Positions 28,037 through 38,721 are shown, counted from the stretch's first letter. The stretch: DNA of 64,000 nt from an uncultured bacterium (GCA_963766885.1 CAVYBO010000002.1:175141-239140), one strand, 5' to 3'. Translations and numbers: made by a program. Notes: generated from the letters alone by a model not told the origin.

Positions 28037-30190
28037 ATGAATGAAAAATTCCTGAAGCCCTATAATCCCGCTGAAACCGAAAAAAGAATATACAAACTCT
28101 GGGAAGAGAGTGGTTTTTTTAATCCGGATATTTGCATTGAAAAAGGCATCACCAAAAGTGATGCAGAAGTTTTTTCAATGGTCCTGCCGCCCCCAAACGT
28201 CACTGGCAGACTGCATTTGGGGCATGCTCTGGAACACAGTCTTCAAGACACTATTGTGCGATTTGAAAGAATGCGTGGCAAACGAACACTTTGGATCCCT
28301 GGTACAGACCACGCTGCAATTGCCACGCAAGCCAGATTTGAAAAAGATTTGAATTCAAAAGAGGGTAAAAGCCGTCACGACTTTTCCCGCGAAGAATTTT
28401 TTGAAATGGTTCATAAATTCGGACTTGAAAACCAAAAACATATGCAAGAGCAAATGCGGCTTCTAGGGTCATCACTTGATTGGAGCCGGGAAGCATTTAC
28501 TTTGGATGAAAAAAGAAGTTTGGCTGTTCGTACAGCTTTCAAGCAAATGTACGAAGAAAAGCTGATTTACAGAGGTCACAGGATTGTGAACTGGGATCCA
28601 AAAGGCCAGACCACAATTTCTGACGATGAAATAGTTTATGAGGAACAAAAAACTAATTTCTACTATTTTCAATACGGACCATTTGTAATCGGAACAGCGA
28701 GACCAGAAACGAAATTCGGTGATAAATATGTGGTCATGCACCCTGATGACAAGAGATATAAAAAATACAAACATGGAGACAAGGTCGAGCTTGAATGGAT
28801 AAGCGGGCCTATTACCGCCACAATCATCAAAGATAAAGCTATTGATATGAAATTCGGCACAGGTGTTATGACAATTACCCCGTGGCACGATGTTGTTGAT
28901 TTTGAGATTGCTGAGAGACATAATCTGGATAAGGAACAAATTATTGATAAATATGGAAAATTGCTTCCAATTGCAGGAGAATTTGCTGGAATGAAAATAA
29001 AAGACGCAAGAGAAAAGATGGTTGAAAAACTAAAAGCAAAAAACTTGTTAGTAAAAATTGAAGAAAATTATGTAAACAGGATTGCTACTGCTGAGAGAAC
29101 AGGAGGAATTATTGAACCGCAAATAATGCTTCAATGGTTTGTAAACGTAAACAAACCAATCCCTTCCCGCAAAAACAAATCATTAAAAAGCCTCATGCTA
29201 GAGCCGGTTGAAAAAAATGAAATAGAAGTTTTACCAGAACATTTTAAAAAAGTCTATTCAAACTGGATTGACAATCTCCACGATTGGTGTATTTCCCGAC
29301 AAATAATATATGGTCATCAAGTGCCTGTGTGGTATAGAGAAAAAGAGATTTACTGCGGTATTGATGCCCCATCTGTTGAAGGCTGGACACAAGACACCGA
29401 TACTTTGGATACGTGGTTTTCTGCAGGACTTTGGACATTTTCTACCTTAGGTTGGCCAGAAAAAACCAAAGACATGCAGACATTTCATCCGACATCCTTT
29501 ATGGATCCGGCATACGAAATACTTTTTTTCTGGGTAGCCAGAATGATTATGATGAGCCAGTATCTGCTTGGAGAAATTCCATTCAAAAAAGTTTACCTGC
29601 ATGGAATTGTCCGCGACAAAACTGGCAAAAAATTCAGCAAGTCAAATAAAAACGGTGTTGAACCTGAAGAGATAATTGCTCAATTTGGCACTGATGCGCT
29701 CAGAATGTCTATGCTTGTAGGCAATGCTCCAGGTATGGATATAAACTTTGATGTTCAAAAAGTAAAAGCATACAAGAACTTTGCAAACAAGCTTTGGAAT
29801 ATTGCCCGTTTTATACAATCCTCAGTAGAAAATACTGATATGGATTCTGTTCTTTCTCCAATAGATGATCGATTATATGAGAGATTTCAGGAAATACTTA
29901 AAGATTTCACCAAAGACATCGAAGCCCTTCGCCTGCATATTGCCTCAGAAAAAATCTACCACTATGTATGGCATGAGTTCGCAGATAAAATTATAGAGGA
30001 AAGCAAAGTGATTTTAAAAAATGAAAATCCTTCAAATCAGCTAGAAATTAATTCCAAAAAAAGATTGCTTCTGGAAATTTTTGAGGGGTCGCTCAAAGCT
30101 TTGCATCCTTTTATGCCATTTGTAACCGAAGAGATCTGGCAGAATATCGGCAAAGAGAAGTTACTTCTAGTTGAAAAATGGCCAGTTTGA
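28037..30190 (+). CDS. valS: valyl-tRNA synthetase (short form)
   Basis: PPPNVTGRLHLGHA HIGH region, KFSKS KMSKS-like motif, editing-domain TGV/WH motifs. Confidence 0.9.
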   Translation: MNEKFLKPYNPAETEKRIYKLWEESGFFNPDICIEKGITKSDAEVFSMVLPPPNVTGRLHLGHALEHSLQDTIVRFERMRGKRTLWIPGTDHAAIATQARFEKDLNSKEGKSRHDFSREEFFEMVHKFGLENQKHMQEQMRLLGSSLDWSREAFTLDEKRSLAVRTAFKQMYEEKLIYRGHRIVNWDPKGQTTISDDEIVYEEQKTNFYYFQYGPFVIGTARPETKFGDKYVVMHPDDKRYKKYKHGDKVELEWISGPITATIIKDKAIDMKFGTGVMTITPWHDVVDFEIAERHNLDKEQIIDKYGKLLPIAGEFAGMKIKDAREKMVEKLKAKNLLVKIEENYVNRIATAERTGGIIEPQIMLQWFVNVNKPIPSRKNKSLKSLMLEPVEKNEIEVLPEHFKKVYSNWIDNLHDWCISRQIIYGHQVPVWYREKEIYCGIDAPSVEGWTQDTDTLDTWFSAGLWTFSTLGWPEKTKDMQTFHPTSFMDPAYEILFFWVARMIMMSQYLLGEIPFKKVYLHGIVRDKTGKKFSKSNKNGVEPEEIIAQFGTDALRMSMLVGNAPGMDINFDVQKVKAYKNFANKLWNIARFIQSSVENTDMDSVLSPIDDRLYERFQEILKDFTKDIEALRLHIASEKIYHYVWHEFADKIIEESKVILKNENPSNQLEINSKKRLLLEIFEGSLKALHPFMPFVTEEIWQNIGKEKLLLVEKWPV

Positions 30191-30899
30191 TCTGATTTTT
30201 AAAATGCCAAGTATTGAAGAAATAATTTTGTTTGCAGTCATCGGGGGCATAGTGCCATCCGTAATTTGGCTTAAATTCTGGCTAAAAGAAGACAACCATC
30301 AAGAGCCAAGAAAAATTATTTCTGTAACTTTCATGTTTGGAATGATTTCGGTATTTTTTGCAATATTGATTGAGAAGTTAATTTCTCTAATTGTTCCCGA
30401 TTATACTTTTCTCTCCCTCTTGCTTTGGGCAGCAACGGAAGAAAATCTAAAGTTCCTGTGTGCTTACATTCCAGCCCTTCGGACCAGATTTGCTGACGAG
30501 CCGATTGACATGGTGGTATACATGGTCACCGCTGCTCTTGGATTTTCAGCAATGGAAAATTGCCTATTTTTGATAGGTCCGTTTGCAGATGGAAATATAA
30601 TGAAGGGTATTGCAACAATCGATTCGCGCTTTGTAGGAGCATCTCTTCTTCATATTTTAACTTCAGCAACATTGGGTATTTTTATGGCAGAATCATTTTT
30701 TAGCTCAAAAATTAAAAAGTGGAGCTACTTGATCAGCGGATTACTCCTAGCGACGATATTGCACGCGGCGTTTAATAATCTTATAATAAAGGCACAATCT
30801 GGAATAATGATTTCTTTCGGCTTAGTCTGGATAGGAATCATCGTGGTAGTTCTTATTCTAAATAAAATTAAAAGCGTTAAAAACATCAACCAAATATGA
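30171..30899 (+). CDS. PrsW-family intramembrane metalloprotease
   Basis: ATEENLKF (EExxK), FSAMENCLF (FxxxE) and conserved His motifs in a multi-TM protein. Confidence 0.6.
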   Translation: MKNGQFDLIFKMPSIEEIILFAVIGGIVPSVIWLKFWLKEDNHQEPRKIISVTFMFGMISVFFAILIEKLISLIVPDYTFLSLLLWAATEENLKFLCAYIPALRTRFADEPIDMVVYMVTAALGFSAMENCLFLIGPFADGNIMKGIATIDSRFVGASLLHILTSATLGIFMAESFFSSKIKKWSYLISGLLLATILHAAFNNLIIKAQSGIMISFGLVWIGIIVVVLILNKIKSVKNINQI

Positions 30900-31339
30900 A
30901 AAAATCTTTTTTTAAAAAATTAACCGGCATTGCAGACGAAGATGATTTTGAAGAAAAGGATGAGATTGAAAAATCTGGCCGTAAAGAGCTAACGGATGAC
31001 GACGATTCCGAAGGTGAGCTGACTGTTGATGTTTTTGAAACTCCAACTCATATTGTGCTCAAAACTATTGTTGCTGGAGTCAGAAAAGAAGACCTAGACA
31101 TTGGCCTTTCTCGCGATATGGTTTCAATCCGCGGACACAGAGAGTCAGAAAACACGGTTGATGAAAGCAATTATTTTCATAAAGAGCTTTATTGGGGATC
31201 ATTTTCCCGAACTATCCTTTTGCCACAAGAAGTTGATATTGAACGCGCAGAAGCTGTTGAAAATCAGGGATTACTGACAATCCGTCTTCCAAAGATTGAC
31301 AAAGGCAGGCAGACTAAATTGAAAGTTAAGTCGTTATAA
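30896..31339 (+). CDS. Hsp20/alpha-crystallin small heat-shock protein
   Basis: Alpha-crystallin domain (VDVFETPTHIVLKTIVAGVRKEDLDI…GLLTIRLPK). Confidence 0.85.
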   Translation: MKKSFFKKLTGIADEDDFEEKDEIEKSGRKELTDDDDSEGELTVDVFETPTHIVLKTIVAGVRKEDLDIGLSRDMVSIRGHRESENTVDESNYFHKELYWGSFSRTILLPQEVDIERAEAVENQGLLTIRLPKIDKGRQTKLKVKSL

Positions 31340-31513
31340 ATGAAAAAATATTTACTTTTATCTTTTACTTCTTTTGCTTTAGGGATAGGAATTTTTGTGA
31401 TAGGTATGTTGTTATCTTCTCATTTTAAAGTTCCTCATTATCCCAGTTACATAGGATTACTTCTTGCCTTCCCCATTATTATTTTATTTTATATCTTTCT
31501 TTTACCTAATTAA
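31340..31513 (+). CDS. small hydrophobic membrane protein (57 aa), not in the ORF track
   Basis: ATG directly after the hsp20 stop; two predicted TM helices. Confidence 0.3.
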   Translation: MKKYLLLSFTSFALGIGIFVIGMLLSSHFKVPHYPSYIGLLLAFPIIILFYIFLLPN

Positions 31514-31716
31514 AAGCGCGAGACATGAATCAACATCAGGATTAGTTGTATTCTTTCTCGACTTTTTCTTCGTCGCCACTCAGAAAAGTCTGGGCACCAG
31601 CTCGCTCGTTTTTTCTGCTGAAAAAACATAGCTGTGCTGTTCTCGCCCGCTCGAAAGCAAATAAATTTGCTTTCTCCCTCGGCAAACAAAAGACTCCCAA
31701 AAGGGAGTTTTTGTTT

Positions 31717-31792
31717 TGGTGCCGAGGGGCGGGCTCGAACCGCCGACCCCATGCTCTTCAGGCACATGCTCTACCAACTGAGCTACCTCGGC
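31717..31792 (-). tRNA. tRNA-Phe (anticodon GAA), CCA encoded
   Basis: GCCGAGG-TA-GCTCAGTTGGTAGAGC-A-TGTGC-CTGAAGA-GCATG-GGGTC-GGCGG-TTCGAGC-CCGCC-CCTCGGC-A-CCA. Confidence 0.85.
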
Positions 31793-31815
31793 ATTGATCT
31801 TAATTTTAAACTCTA

Positions 31816-32118
31816 CTACGGATTTGTTGTGGTACTTGATCCAAAAAAGAAATTCTTTATACTGTTCTCAAAAGAATTCTGCGTGCTCTGGATTTTAGTA
31901 TTTGTGTTCTGAATTTCTGCTGTCAATTGCATAACTGAATTCAAGTACGGCTGCAAATACACATAAGCTCCAACAGAAAGTCCAATAATGATTATCCAAT
32001 AAATAAATCTAAAAAACGAGCTGATTCTATTACTCCTCCTAATGCTTTTTAAGATTTTATTATTCTCTTCTGAAAGCTCTTTTATATGGTCAAGGTATGC
32101 TTTTATATCGTAATCCAC
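31816..32118 (-). CDS. hypothetical membrane protein
   Basis: ORF with one TM helix. Confidence 0.35.
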   Translation of the reverse strand: MDYDIKAYLDHIKELSEENNKILKSIRRSNRISSFFRFIYWIIIIGLSVGAYVYLQPYLNSVMQLTAEIQNTNTKIQSTQNSFENSIKNFFFGSSTTTNP

Positions 32119-32130
32119 GCCTTATTTATA

Positions 32131-32994
32131 TCAAAAAACTGACCATCTTGCAAAAATGCCGGCCGGCAAAAGCCGCTTAGAATCCGACTCTTCAATTGCT
32201 AATTCTCCAAAAGAAACGCCACCACCAAACTTGGTCAAATCAGATAAATGCTCTTTGTATGCAATTGAAGAGTAGCCTGAAGCATAACCGTTGATTAGAA
32301 AAAAAAGAGGCTTATCTAACAAAAGTTTTTTAGCAGCTTCAACAAGCGGCAAAAATCCTTCTTCAATTTTCCACACTTCACCCTCCGGTCCTCTGCCAAA
32401 GGCTGGAGGATCCATAATTATTGCGTTGTATTTATTTCCTCTCCTTAATTCCCTTTTTACAAAAGCCAATCCGTCATCCAAAATCCAGCGTACTTTTTTG
32501 TCTGTTAGACCAGAAATTTTTGCGTTTCTTTTAGCTTGTTCAATTGATGTTTTAGAAGCATCGACATGAACAACTTCTGCTCCAGCTTTGAGACAAGCAA
32601 GCGTTGCTCCCCCAGTATACCCAAAAAGATTCAAGACTTTTGTTGTTCCTTCTTTATTATTAGAAATTAAATCACTCATCCAATTCCAATTACTAATTTG
32701 TTCTGGAAAAATTCCAGTGTGTTTGAATTTGCTTAAATATATTTCAAAATTCAATCCGGCAAGTTCTATCTGCCATTTTTCTGGCACCTCCCCTTTCTTT
32801 TTCCAAATTGACTTCTCACCTTTTTGAAAAATAGCATCGGCAGAATTCCAAACACTTTCTGGCAGTCTTTTTCTCCACAGCGCCTGAGGATCTGGCCTAG
32901 ACAATACAAACTTGCCGTATCGTTCCAGTTTGCTGCCATCACCCGAATCAATCAGTTCATAATCTTTTTGTTTTTTCGTAATTTGAATTTCCAT
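32131..32994 (-). CDS. class I SAM-dependent rRNA methyltransferase (RlmI/RlmK-like)
   Basis: LNLFGYTGGATLA motif I and IIMDPPAFGRG motif IV, typical of 23S rRNA m5C/m2G methyltransferases. Confidence 0.65.
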   Translation of the reverse strand: MEIQITKKQKDYELIDSGDGSKLERYGKFVLSRPDPQALWRKRLPESVWNSADAIFQKGEKSIWKKKGEVPEKWQIELAGLNFEIYLSKFKHTGIFPEQISNWNWMSDLISNNKEGTTKVLNLFGYTGGATLACLKAGAEVVHVDASKTSIEQAKRNAKISGLTDKKVRWILDDGLAFVKRELRRGNKYNAIIMDPPAFGRGPEGEVWKIEEGFLPLVEAAKKLLLDKPLFFLINGYASGYSSIAYKEHLSDLTKFGGGVSFGELAIEESDSKRLLPAGIFARWSVF

Positions 32995-33007
32995 AGAATA
33001 AATCTTT

Positions 33008-33079
33008 TGCCCTTGTCCGGAATCGGACCGAAATCTATCCCTTAGGACGGGACTGTTCTATCCATTGAACTACAAGGGC
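33008..33079 (-). tRNA. tRNA-Arg (anticodon CCT), unusual T-loop TCCGATT (C at position 55)
   Basis: GCCCTTG acceptor, GTTC-AATGGATA-GAAC D arm, GTCCC-GTCCTAA-GGGAT anticodon arm, TTCGG-TCCGATT-CCGGA T arm. Confidence 0.6.
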
Positions 33080-33152
33080 TCCAGCGACAATAACAGCCAT
33101 AGAAATATACCAGAGCCCAACATGAATATAAAGCGAAATTTAAACCCTAAAA

Positions 33153-33386
33153 TTAAATTCCCAGAGATTGCGCAATCACTTTTTGATCAAAACCAACAAT
33201 AATATTTTCTCCGATTCCAATAACTGGCACGCCCATTTGGCCGCTTTTTTCTACCATTTCTTTTCTTTTTTCAATATCGGAAGCGACATTGTATTCTTCA
33301 TAAGAAACATTATTAGCTGTAAAATATTCTTTTGCCATTTTGCAGTATGTGCATGTTGGCGTGCTGTATATAACTACTTTTTTCAT
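33153..33386 (-). CDS. glutaredoxin / NrdH-like redoxin
   Basis: CTYC active site in a 77-aa thioredoxin-fold protein (VVIYSTPTCTYCKMAKEYF). Confidence 0.8.
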   Translation of the reverse strand: MKKVVIYSTPTCTYCKMAKEYFTANNVSYEEYNVASDIEKRKEMVEKSGQMGVPVIGIGENIIVGFDQKVIAQSLGI

Positions 33387-33487
33387 TTTTTTAGGCCGTA
33401 AAGTAGGCCGCTTAAACTTCTAACTAATACATTTTAGCATATTTTAAATAAAAAAATTGGACTTTTGATTAGTCCAAGTAAGATTGG

Positions 33488-34159
33488 CTATGGAAGTCTT
33501 CTTAGTCTCGGCCAGACAGTCTTTCCTTGCGTGGAATCGTAGAAGTACGTTCTTCCCCCATCGAGGGAGTAGGTAATTCCAGATACCTCAACAAAGTACG
33601 GACCCTGTACAAGAGGTCGATGATCCCTGCTTGAGAAGCTGAAAAAGAAATCTCTGATGATTCCTTCTTGTCCAGCCAATAATTCAAAGTGGTAAGGAAT
33701 GCTCCCGATTCTGAAGAACATATGTGGAGGCACAACGAATCCAGAACTGTTTAAAACAAGGGTCTTAGTAATGTCGTTACCGACACCATTCACCACCCTG
33801 AAGGTGAAGATTGGTGTTTCTGAACGCATGTCCCCTAGAATAACGTTGTCTGATCTCGCCAACACAGTGACGTTGAAGCTTCCACTAATTTTGGAGGAAT
33901 CTGTCCCTCCGAAATGATCTTTCTGACTTGCTGGTGGGCCTGTGGCATTGAATGTGAAGTTCGGCGGAGTATCAGTCAATTCCACCGGAGATGTCGCGAA
34001 CTTAAAAAAGCCGGCGATCAAGAACGACGCAACGACAAGCAAAGCGGTTTGAATAATTTTCAAGTAAATTCCTTTCTTTGCAGGACAACCACTACCATAG
34101 CAGTTGGTCACAGCAAGAAGATCTAAAATTTTTAGAGCTTTTTGCTGTGACCAAAGCAA
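33488..34159 (-). CDS. hypothetical membrane-anchored exported protein
   Basis: TM helix near the N-terminus; no recognisable motif. Confidence 0.35.
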   Translation of the reverse strand: MLWSQQKALKILDLLAVTNCYGSGCPAKKGIYLKIIQTALLVVASFLIAGFFKFATSPVELTDTPPNFTFNATGPPASQKDHFGGTDSSKISGSFNVTVLARSDNVILGDMRSETPIFTFRVVNGVGNDITKTLVLNSSGFVVPPHMFFRIGSIPYHFELLAGQEGIIRDFFFSFSSRDHRPLVQGPYFVEVSGITYSLDGGRTYFYDSTQGKTVWPRLRRLP

Positions 34160-34253
34160 ATCTTATTATCAAAAAACTATTCTTTAAAGATATAGTAAGA
34201 ATTATATTGCATCATGTCAAGAGCCTACTTAATCAAGCGATTTTCAATTTTAT

Positions 34254-34631
34254 TTAAAAAATCTGCTTCATTTTTTGGAGAAAATTCACATACCAAGAGT
34301 TTTCTGTGGTTGTTGATGTAAGAGAATATTCCGGTTCAACCACAATAAGCTCCTCTCCTGGCTTTACAACCCCGAATTTTTGCCTCAACTCTTCCTCAAC
34401 TCCTTGATTTGTATTTAATCTCTGAATTTGCGAATCAAGCTGGCTTTGTTCGTCTGCAAGGGCGCTGAGCTTCTGTTTTGATTCAGTGTCAAGAATTGCG
34501 CTTTCTTTTTCCTTTTGGTAAATATTCCAAACTCCTTTTAAAAAAAACAAGAATACAAAAAAGATCAGAAGTACACTCCAGAAAGAATACATCCTTTCGC
34601 GCCTTTTTCTTTTATCCTTAAATACTTTCAT
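34254..34631 (-). CDS. septum formation initiator (FtsB/DivIC-like)
   Basis: N-terminal TM followed by a coiled coil (LSALADEQSQLDSQIQRLNTNQG…). Confidence 0.5.
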   Translation of the reverse strand: MKVFKDKRKRRERMYSFWSVLLIFFVFLFFLKGVWNIYQKEKESAILDTESKQKLSALADEQSQLDSQIQRLNTNQGVEEELRQKFGVVKPGEELIVVEPEYSLTSTTTENSWYVNFLQKMKQIF

Positions 34632-34837
34632 TCAGATTTTCAAACTATTCTTAATTATGATAATATCATAACACTATGTTTATGCAGGGTAAAAAAGTCC
34701 AAAAAAGAATGCGCCTTATTTTTGCCATCTTTTGCGTGCTTATGATTGCCAGCATGATTATCCTCTACTTCCCAGCTTTGAGTATGCAGTAAACCCTAAT
34801 TTGTAAGAAGTTATTAGGTGTGCTAGTTTTAGTCTGA

Positions 34838-35125
34838 ATGGAAAAAGATATTTTACACAAAACAAAAGTCTGGATCAGGATTTCCGTCAATGGTCCGGCG
34901 CTCAAGCAAGGCAGTCCTTATGGTTGGCGTTTCTTTATCAACAAAAAGACTCCAATGATACAAATCAAAGATTGGAATCCTTTCATAGGCACGGCAACTA
35001 AGACAAATTTTGTCCCGGGCACAAGCAACACACCAGACGAAAATGATCTTGTTGGCTGGATTGACGTATTTGGAGACATCGTCGTCGAAAATGACATAGC
35101 AACCATCACGTTACTCGAACCCTAA
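34838..35125 (+). CDS. hypothetical protein
   Basis: 95-aa ORF followed by terminator (aatcgcc…ggcgaatt + T-run, 35124..35158). Confidence 0.35.
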   Translation: MEKDILHKTKVWIRISVNGPALKQGSPYGWRFFINKKTPMIQIKDWNPFIGTATKTNFVPGTSNTPDENDLVGWIDVFGDIVVENDIATITLLEP

Positions 35126-35176
35126 TCGCCTTTTAACTGATAGGCGAATTTTTATTTTAGATTTTCATTATTTAGA

Positions 35177-36982
35177 CTAGCTTTCCCTCTTCATCATTTT
35201 CAAAAACACATCTTGGGGAATGTTTACAGAGCCTCTTGCCTGCATTTTTTTCTTGCCTTTCTTTTGTTTTTCGCGAAGCTTCATTTTTCTGGTAATATCG
35301 CCTCCGTACATATGCTGAGTCACGTCTTTCTTCATAGCTGAAATGCTTCTGGAAGCGATTATACGCCCCATAGCCTGCGCCTGTATCTTGGTGGCAAACA
35401 TTTGTCTTGGAAGCACGGCATGGAGCTTATCCACCGCTTTATTGGCTTCCTCATCCACCCTCCTTTTGGCAATAACTGACGCAAAAGCAATCACCGGTTC
35501 ATCGGCCACTAATATGTCCAGCCTGCAAACATCCGCATCGCGCATTCCATCAAATTCATAAGATAACGATGCAAATCCGGAAGAGATGCTTTTAAGCTCA
35601 TCAAAAAAGTTTCTCATAAGCTCGCGAAGCGGCATAAGCAAGATCAGAGAATTTCTGCCGTCTGCAAAAGTTTCTGAATCAAAAAGTTCGGCTTCATGTT
35701 CATAAAAAAGTTGGTAAACCGCGCCAGTGTATTTTTCTGGACAAATTATCGTAGTCTTGACCCAAGGTTCGCGAATACTTTCAATTAAATGCTCGTCTGG
35801 AAAAAGCGATGGTGAATAAATTGTTTCTTTTTTCTGATTTTTAAAAAGAATTTCATAAGTGATGCTTGGTGTTGCAATTACAAGATCAAGACTGAATTCT
35901 CTTTTTAATCTCTCTGTTATAATTTCCAAATGAAGCAAACCTAAAAATCCGCACCTAAATCCTCGTCCTAAAGATCCTGAAGATTCTTCTTCAAAAGTAA
36001 AAGCTGAATCTGAAAGCCTGAGCCTTTTAAGCGCATGCTTTAAGTCTTCAAAATTATCCGCGCTTTGCGGAAAGACAGAAGCCCAGACAACAGGCTTCGG
36101 TTCAACATATCCAGGCAGCGCTTCTGCAGGATTTTTAACGGAAACAATCGTATCTCCCACAGAGGCAACACCAGGCTGTTTGATTCCTGTAACGATATAT
36201 CCAATCTGACCTTCGGTTAATTTATCACAGGCAACTTCTTCGGGAGCAAAAATTCCAACTTCCAAAGACTCGAACTGTTCTTTGGAAACAGAAAATGAGA
36301 GCTTCTCTCCTTTTGAAACACTCCCGGACATAATTCGCACAAAAACAATCACTCCTTTGTGAGTCGTGAATTGAAAATCAAAAACAAGAGCCTGGAGTTT
36401 CTGAGAATTGGTTTCTTCATCTAACTCTTTGGGCGCTGGAATACTCTCAACTATTTTTTCCAAAAGTTTTGAAACCCCTTCACCGGTTTTTCCAGATACT
36501 TCTAAAATTTCACTTTTATCAACTCCAAGCACTCTGGAAATTTCTCCTTTGACTTCATCGATCATTGCAATCGGTGAATCAATTTTTGTAACAACAGGAA
36601 TAATTTTGAGTCCTGTTTTTTTGGCAGCATCAAGCACAGTCAGAGTCTGGGCTTGTATGCCTTGTGTTGCATCCACAAGAAGCAAGCAGCCTTCCACAGC
36701 TTTGAGCGCTCGAGAAACTTCATATGAAAAATCAATATGGCCTGGAGTATCAATCAAATTAAGCAAATAATCCTCTCCTTTATATTTATAAATCATCCTA
36801 ACCGGACGCATTTTGATTGTAATACCCTTTTCTCTTTCAAGCTCCATATCATCCAGAATCTGGTCGCGCATTTTTCGCTTTTCAATAGTATTGGTAGCTT
36901 CAAGAAGCCTGTCGGCAAGAGTAGATTTGCCATGGTCAATGTGGGCAATAATGCTGAAATTTCTTATATTGATTCTTTCCAT
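35177..36982 (-). CDS. lepA: elongation factor 4 (LepA)
   Basis: IIAHIDHGKSTLADRL G1 motif, DTPGH, and a LepA-specific C-terminal domain. Confidence 0.95.
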   Translation of the reverse strand: MERINIRNFSIIAHIDHGKSTLADRLLEATNTIEKRKMRDQILDDMELEREKGITIKMRPVRMIYKYKGEDYLLNLIDTPGHIDFSYEVSRALKAVEGCLLLVDATQGIQAQTLTVLDAAKKTGLKIIPVVTKIDSPIAMIDEVKGEISRVLGVDKSEILEVSGKTGEGVSKLLEKIVESIPAPKELDEETNSQKLQALVFDFQFTTHKGVIVFVRIMSGSVSKGEKLSFSVSKEQFESLEVGIFAPEEVACDKLTEGQIGYIVTGIKQPGVASVGDTIVSVKNPAEALPGYVEPKPVVWASVFPQSADNFEDLKHALKRLRLSDSAFTFEEESSGSLGRGFRCGFLGLLHLEIITERLKREFSLDLVIATPSITYEILFKNQKKETIYSPSLFPDEHLIESIREPWVKTTIICPEKYTGAVYQLFYEHEAELFDSETFADGRNSLILLMPLRELMRNFFDELKSISSGFASLSYEFDGMRDADVCRLDILVADEPVIAFASVIAKRRVDEEANKAVDKLHAVLPRQMFATKIQAQAMGRIIASRSISAMKKDVTQHMYGGDITRKMKLREKQKKGKKKMQARGSVNIPQDVFLKMMKRES

Positions 36983-37025
36983 AGATAGACTATATCAAAA
37001 AGTAAGATTATCTGACAGAAGAAAC

Positions 37026-38702
37026 TTAAATATCTATTTGTTCTGGAGAAATAATCGGCACTTTCCAAATTGATTTTTTAAGACCAGCCACAAGCTCATC
37101 AAACTCCTCGCTTCTCAAAATATAAAAACCTAGTACACAAGCTATAATTCCAAAAATTCCAGCGATAAACCCCTGCAAAAATACACCGAGAGAAGTTTGC
37201 AGATTCAAATAATCTCCAAATACATCAAGTCCTATATAGGACACAACACTAGAAACCAAAGCTACAACAAGGCTTTGGATTGAAACTCGAAGCATCCCGA
37301 TTCTTGTTCTTGAAAAATCTTTGACCGAATAAAAGAAGAAAACGATTGCCTGTATTGTCATTCCAATTGAATATCCCAAAGGCACCGCAATGACTTCTCT
37401 TCCCGGCACATCATCAACTTTAAAAAGAGCGGCAGAGAATGTTAGGAATGACGGAAACATATTAAACAGCCAAGTTAAGACAAACGGCAAAATCATTACA
37501 ACGGGCATTGTCCAAAGAGTTATATAAAGAGGCTTTTTGGTAAGGCCTGCGGCATAATAAGCTCTGGCGATAAGCATGGAATAGCATTGAAAAACTACCG
37601 ACAAGCAAAATATTGCCAAAGCTGCTGCAGTCAGTCGGGTGTCGTTCCAAGTAAAAGCTCCCGAACCAAGAATTACACGCACAATCTGAGCTCTCAATAC
37701 CACAAACAAGGCCGTCACAGGCACAGCATAAAAAATAATATGCCTTGCTGCGGCAGAAATCAGATCTTCAAATTCATCTTTTTTTCCAGTTACAAACAGA
37801 GTAGAAAGAATAGGAAAAGCTGCCATAGCATAACTTACGCCGATGATTGAAAGCGGCACAGATTCCAAATTCATCGAAAAATTAAGAACGGAGATTGATC
37901 CAACGGCCATTTGAGAAGCTAGAGAAACGAGAGCAATCAAGGCCAAGTTTGCCGCGGACAATGTAAATGTCCTGGGTAATGAATGTGCAGTGATTTTAAT
38001 AACTTCCTTTTTATCGACAGGAAAAGAAACTCTTGGCATTAAGCCGGATCTTTTTACAAATGGAACCTGGCAAAGCCCGTGAAGCAATGCCCCGAGAACC
38101 ACACCCAAAGCAATTCCCATTGTTCCAAAATATGGAACCAAAAAAATTGCTCCCAGGACAATTGAAAAATTGTAAAGCACAGGCATCAGAGCATAAATAA
38201 TAAACCTTCTTTCAAGTTGGGTAACTGTAGCGATAAGATTTGAAAAACCAAGAAGAATTGGTGACAAAAGCAGAAGCCTTGAAATTTCAACTGTTTTATT
38301 TAAAGCATAAGGAGAAAAAGACGGATACAAAAATTTCTCTATTTCGGGCATCACTATAAAAGCAACGGCGCATGCGAAAACTGTGATTATTAAAAAGGCG
38401 GTGAAAGCTGTGTCCATAAACTTTACTCCATTTTTTTTGTCGATTCTGAGCTTTTCGTCTAAAAACGGAATTAAAACTGAAAAAGAAAATAGGGACGCCG
38501 CAGCCGCAAAAATAAAATCAGGAACCCTGAAAGCTGCATAATAAATATCAAGCTCACGGCCAGCGCCAAAAGAATGGGCCAAAACCCTGTCTCGAAGCAA
38601 ACCTAAGATATCAGCAAGAAAAGAAAAGAACGCCAGAATATATGCTGCGCTATGTATACCGCTTATCTCCCTACTGAATACGCTGAGGAACCTTTTTACC
38701 AT
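37026..38702 (-). CDS. murJ: lipid II flippase MurJ
   Basis: 14-TM MviN/MurJ pattern with conserved N-terminal …LLRDRVLAHSFGAGRELDIYYAAFRVPDF…. Confidence 0.85.
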   Translation of the reverse strand: MVKRFLSVFSREISGIHSAAYILAFFSFLADILGLLRDRVLAHSFGAGRELDIYYAAFRVPDFIFAAAASLFSFSVLIPFLDEKLRIDKKNGVKFMDTAFTAFLIITVFACAVAFIVMPEIEKFLYPSFSPYALNKTVEISRLLLLSPILLGFSNLIATVTQLERRFIIYALMPVLYNFSIVLGAIFLVPYFGTMGIALGVVLGALLHGLCQVPFVKRSGLMPRVSFPVDKKEVIKITAHSLPRTFTLSAANLALIALVSLASQMAVGSISVLNFSMNLESVPLSIIGVSYAMAAFPILSTLFVTGKKDEFEDLISAAARHIIFYAVPVTALFVVLRAQIVRVILGSGAFTWNDTRLTAAALAIFCLSVVFQCYSMLIARAYYAAGLTKKPLYITLWTMPVVMILPFVLTWLFNMFPSFLTFSAALFKVDDVPGREVIAVPLGYSIGMTIQAIVFFFYSVKDFSRTRIGMLRVSIQSLVVALVSSVVSYIGLDVFGDYLNLQTSLGVFLQGFIAGIFGIIACVLGFYILRSEEFDELVAGLKKSIWKVPIISPEQIDI

Positions 38703-38721
38703 TTTGTATATCCTCTAATAA

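Noticed and set aside
31510-31912. Several 60-90 aa ORFs (31510..31767, 31546..31797, 31580..31777, 31634..31912)
   Set aside because: All overlap the well-formed tRNA-Phe(GAA) gene and its G+C-rich surroundings; no coding support.
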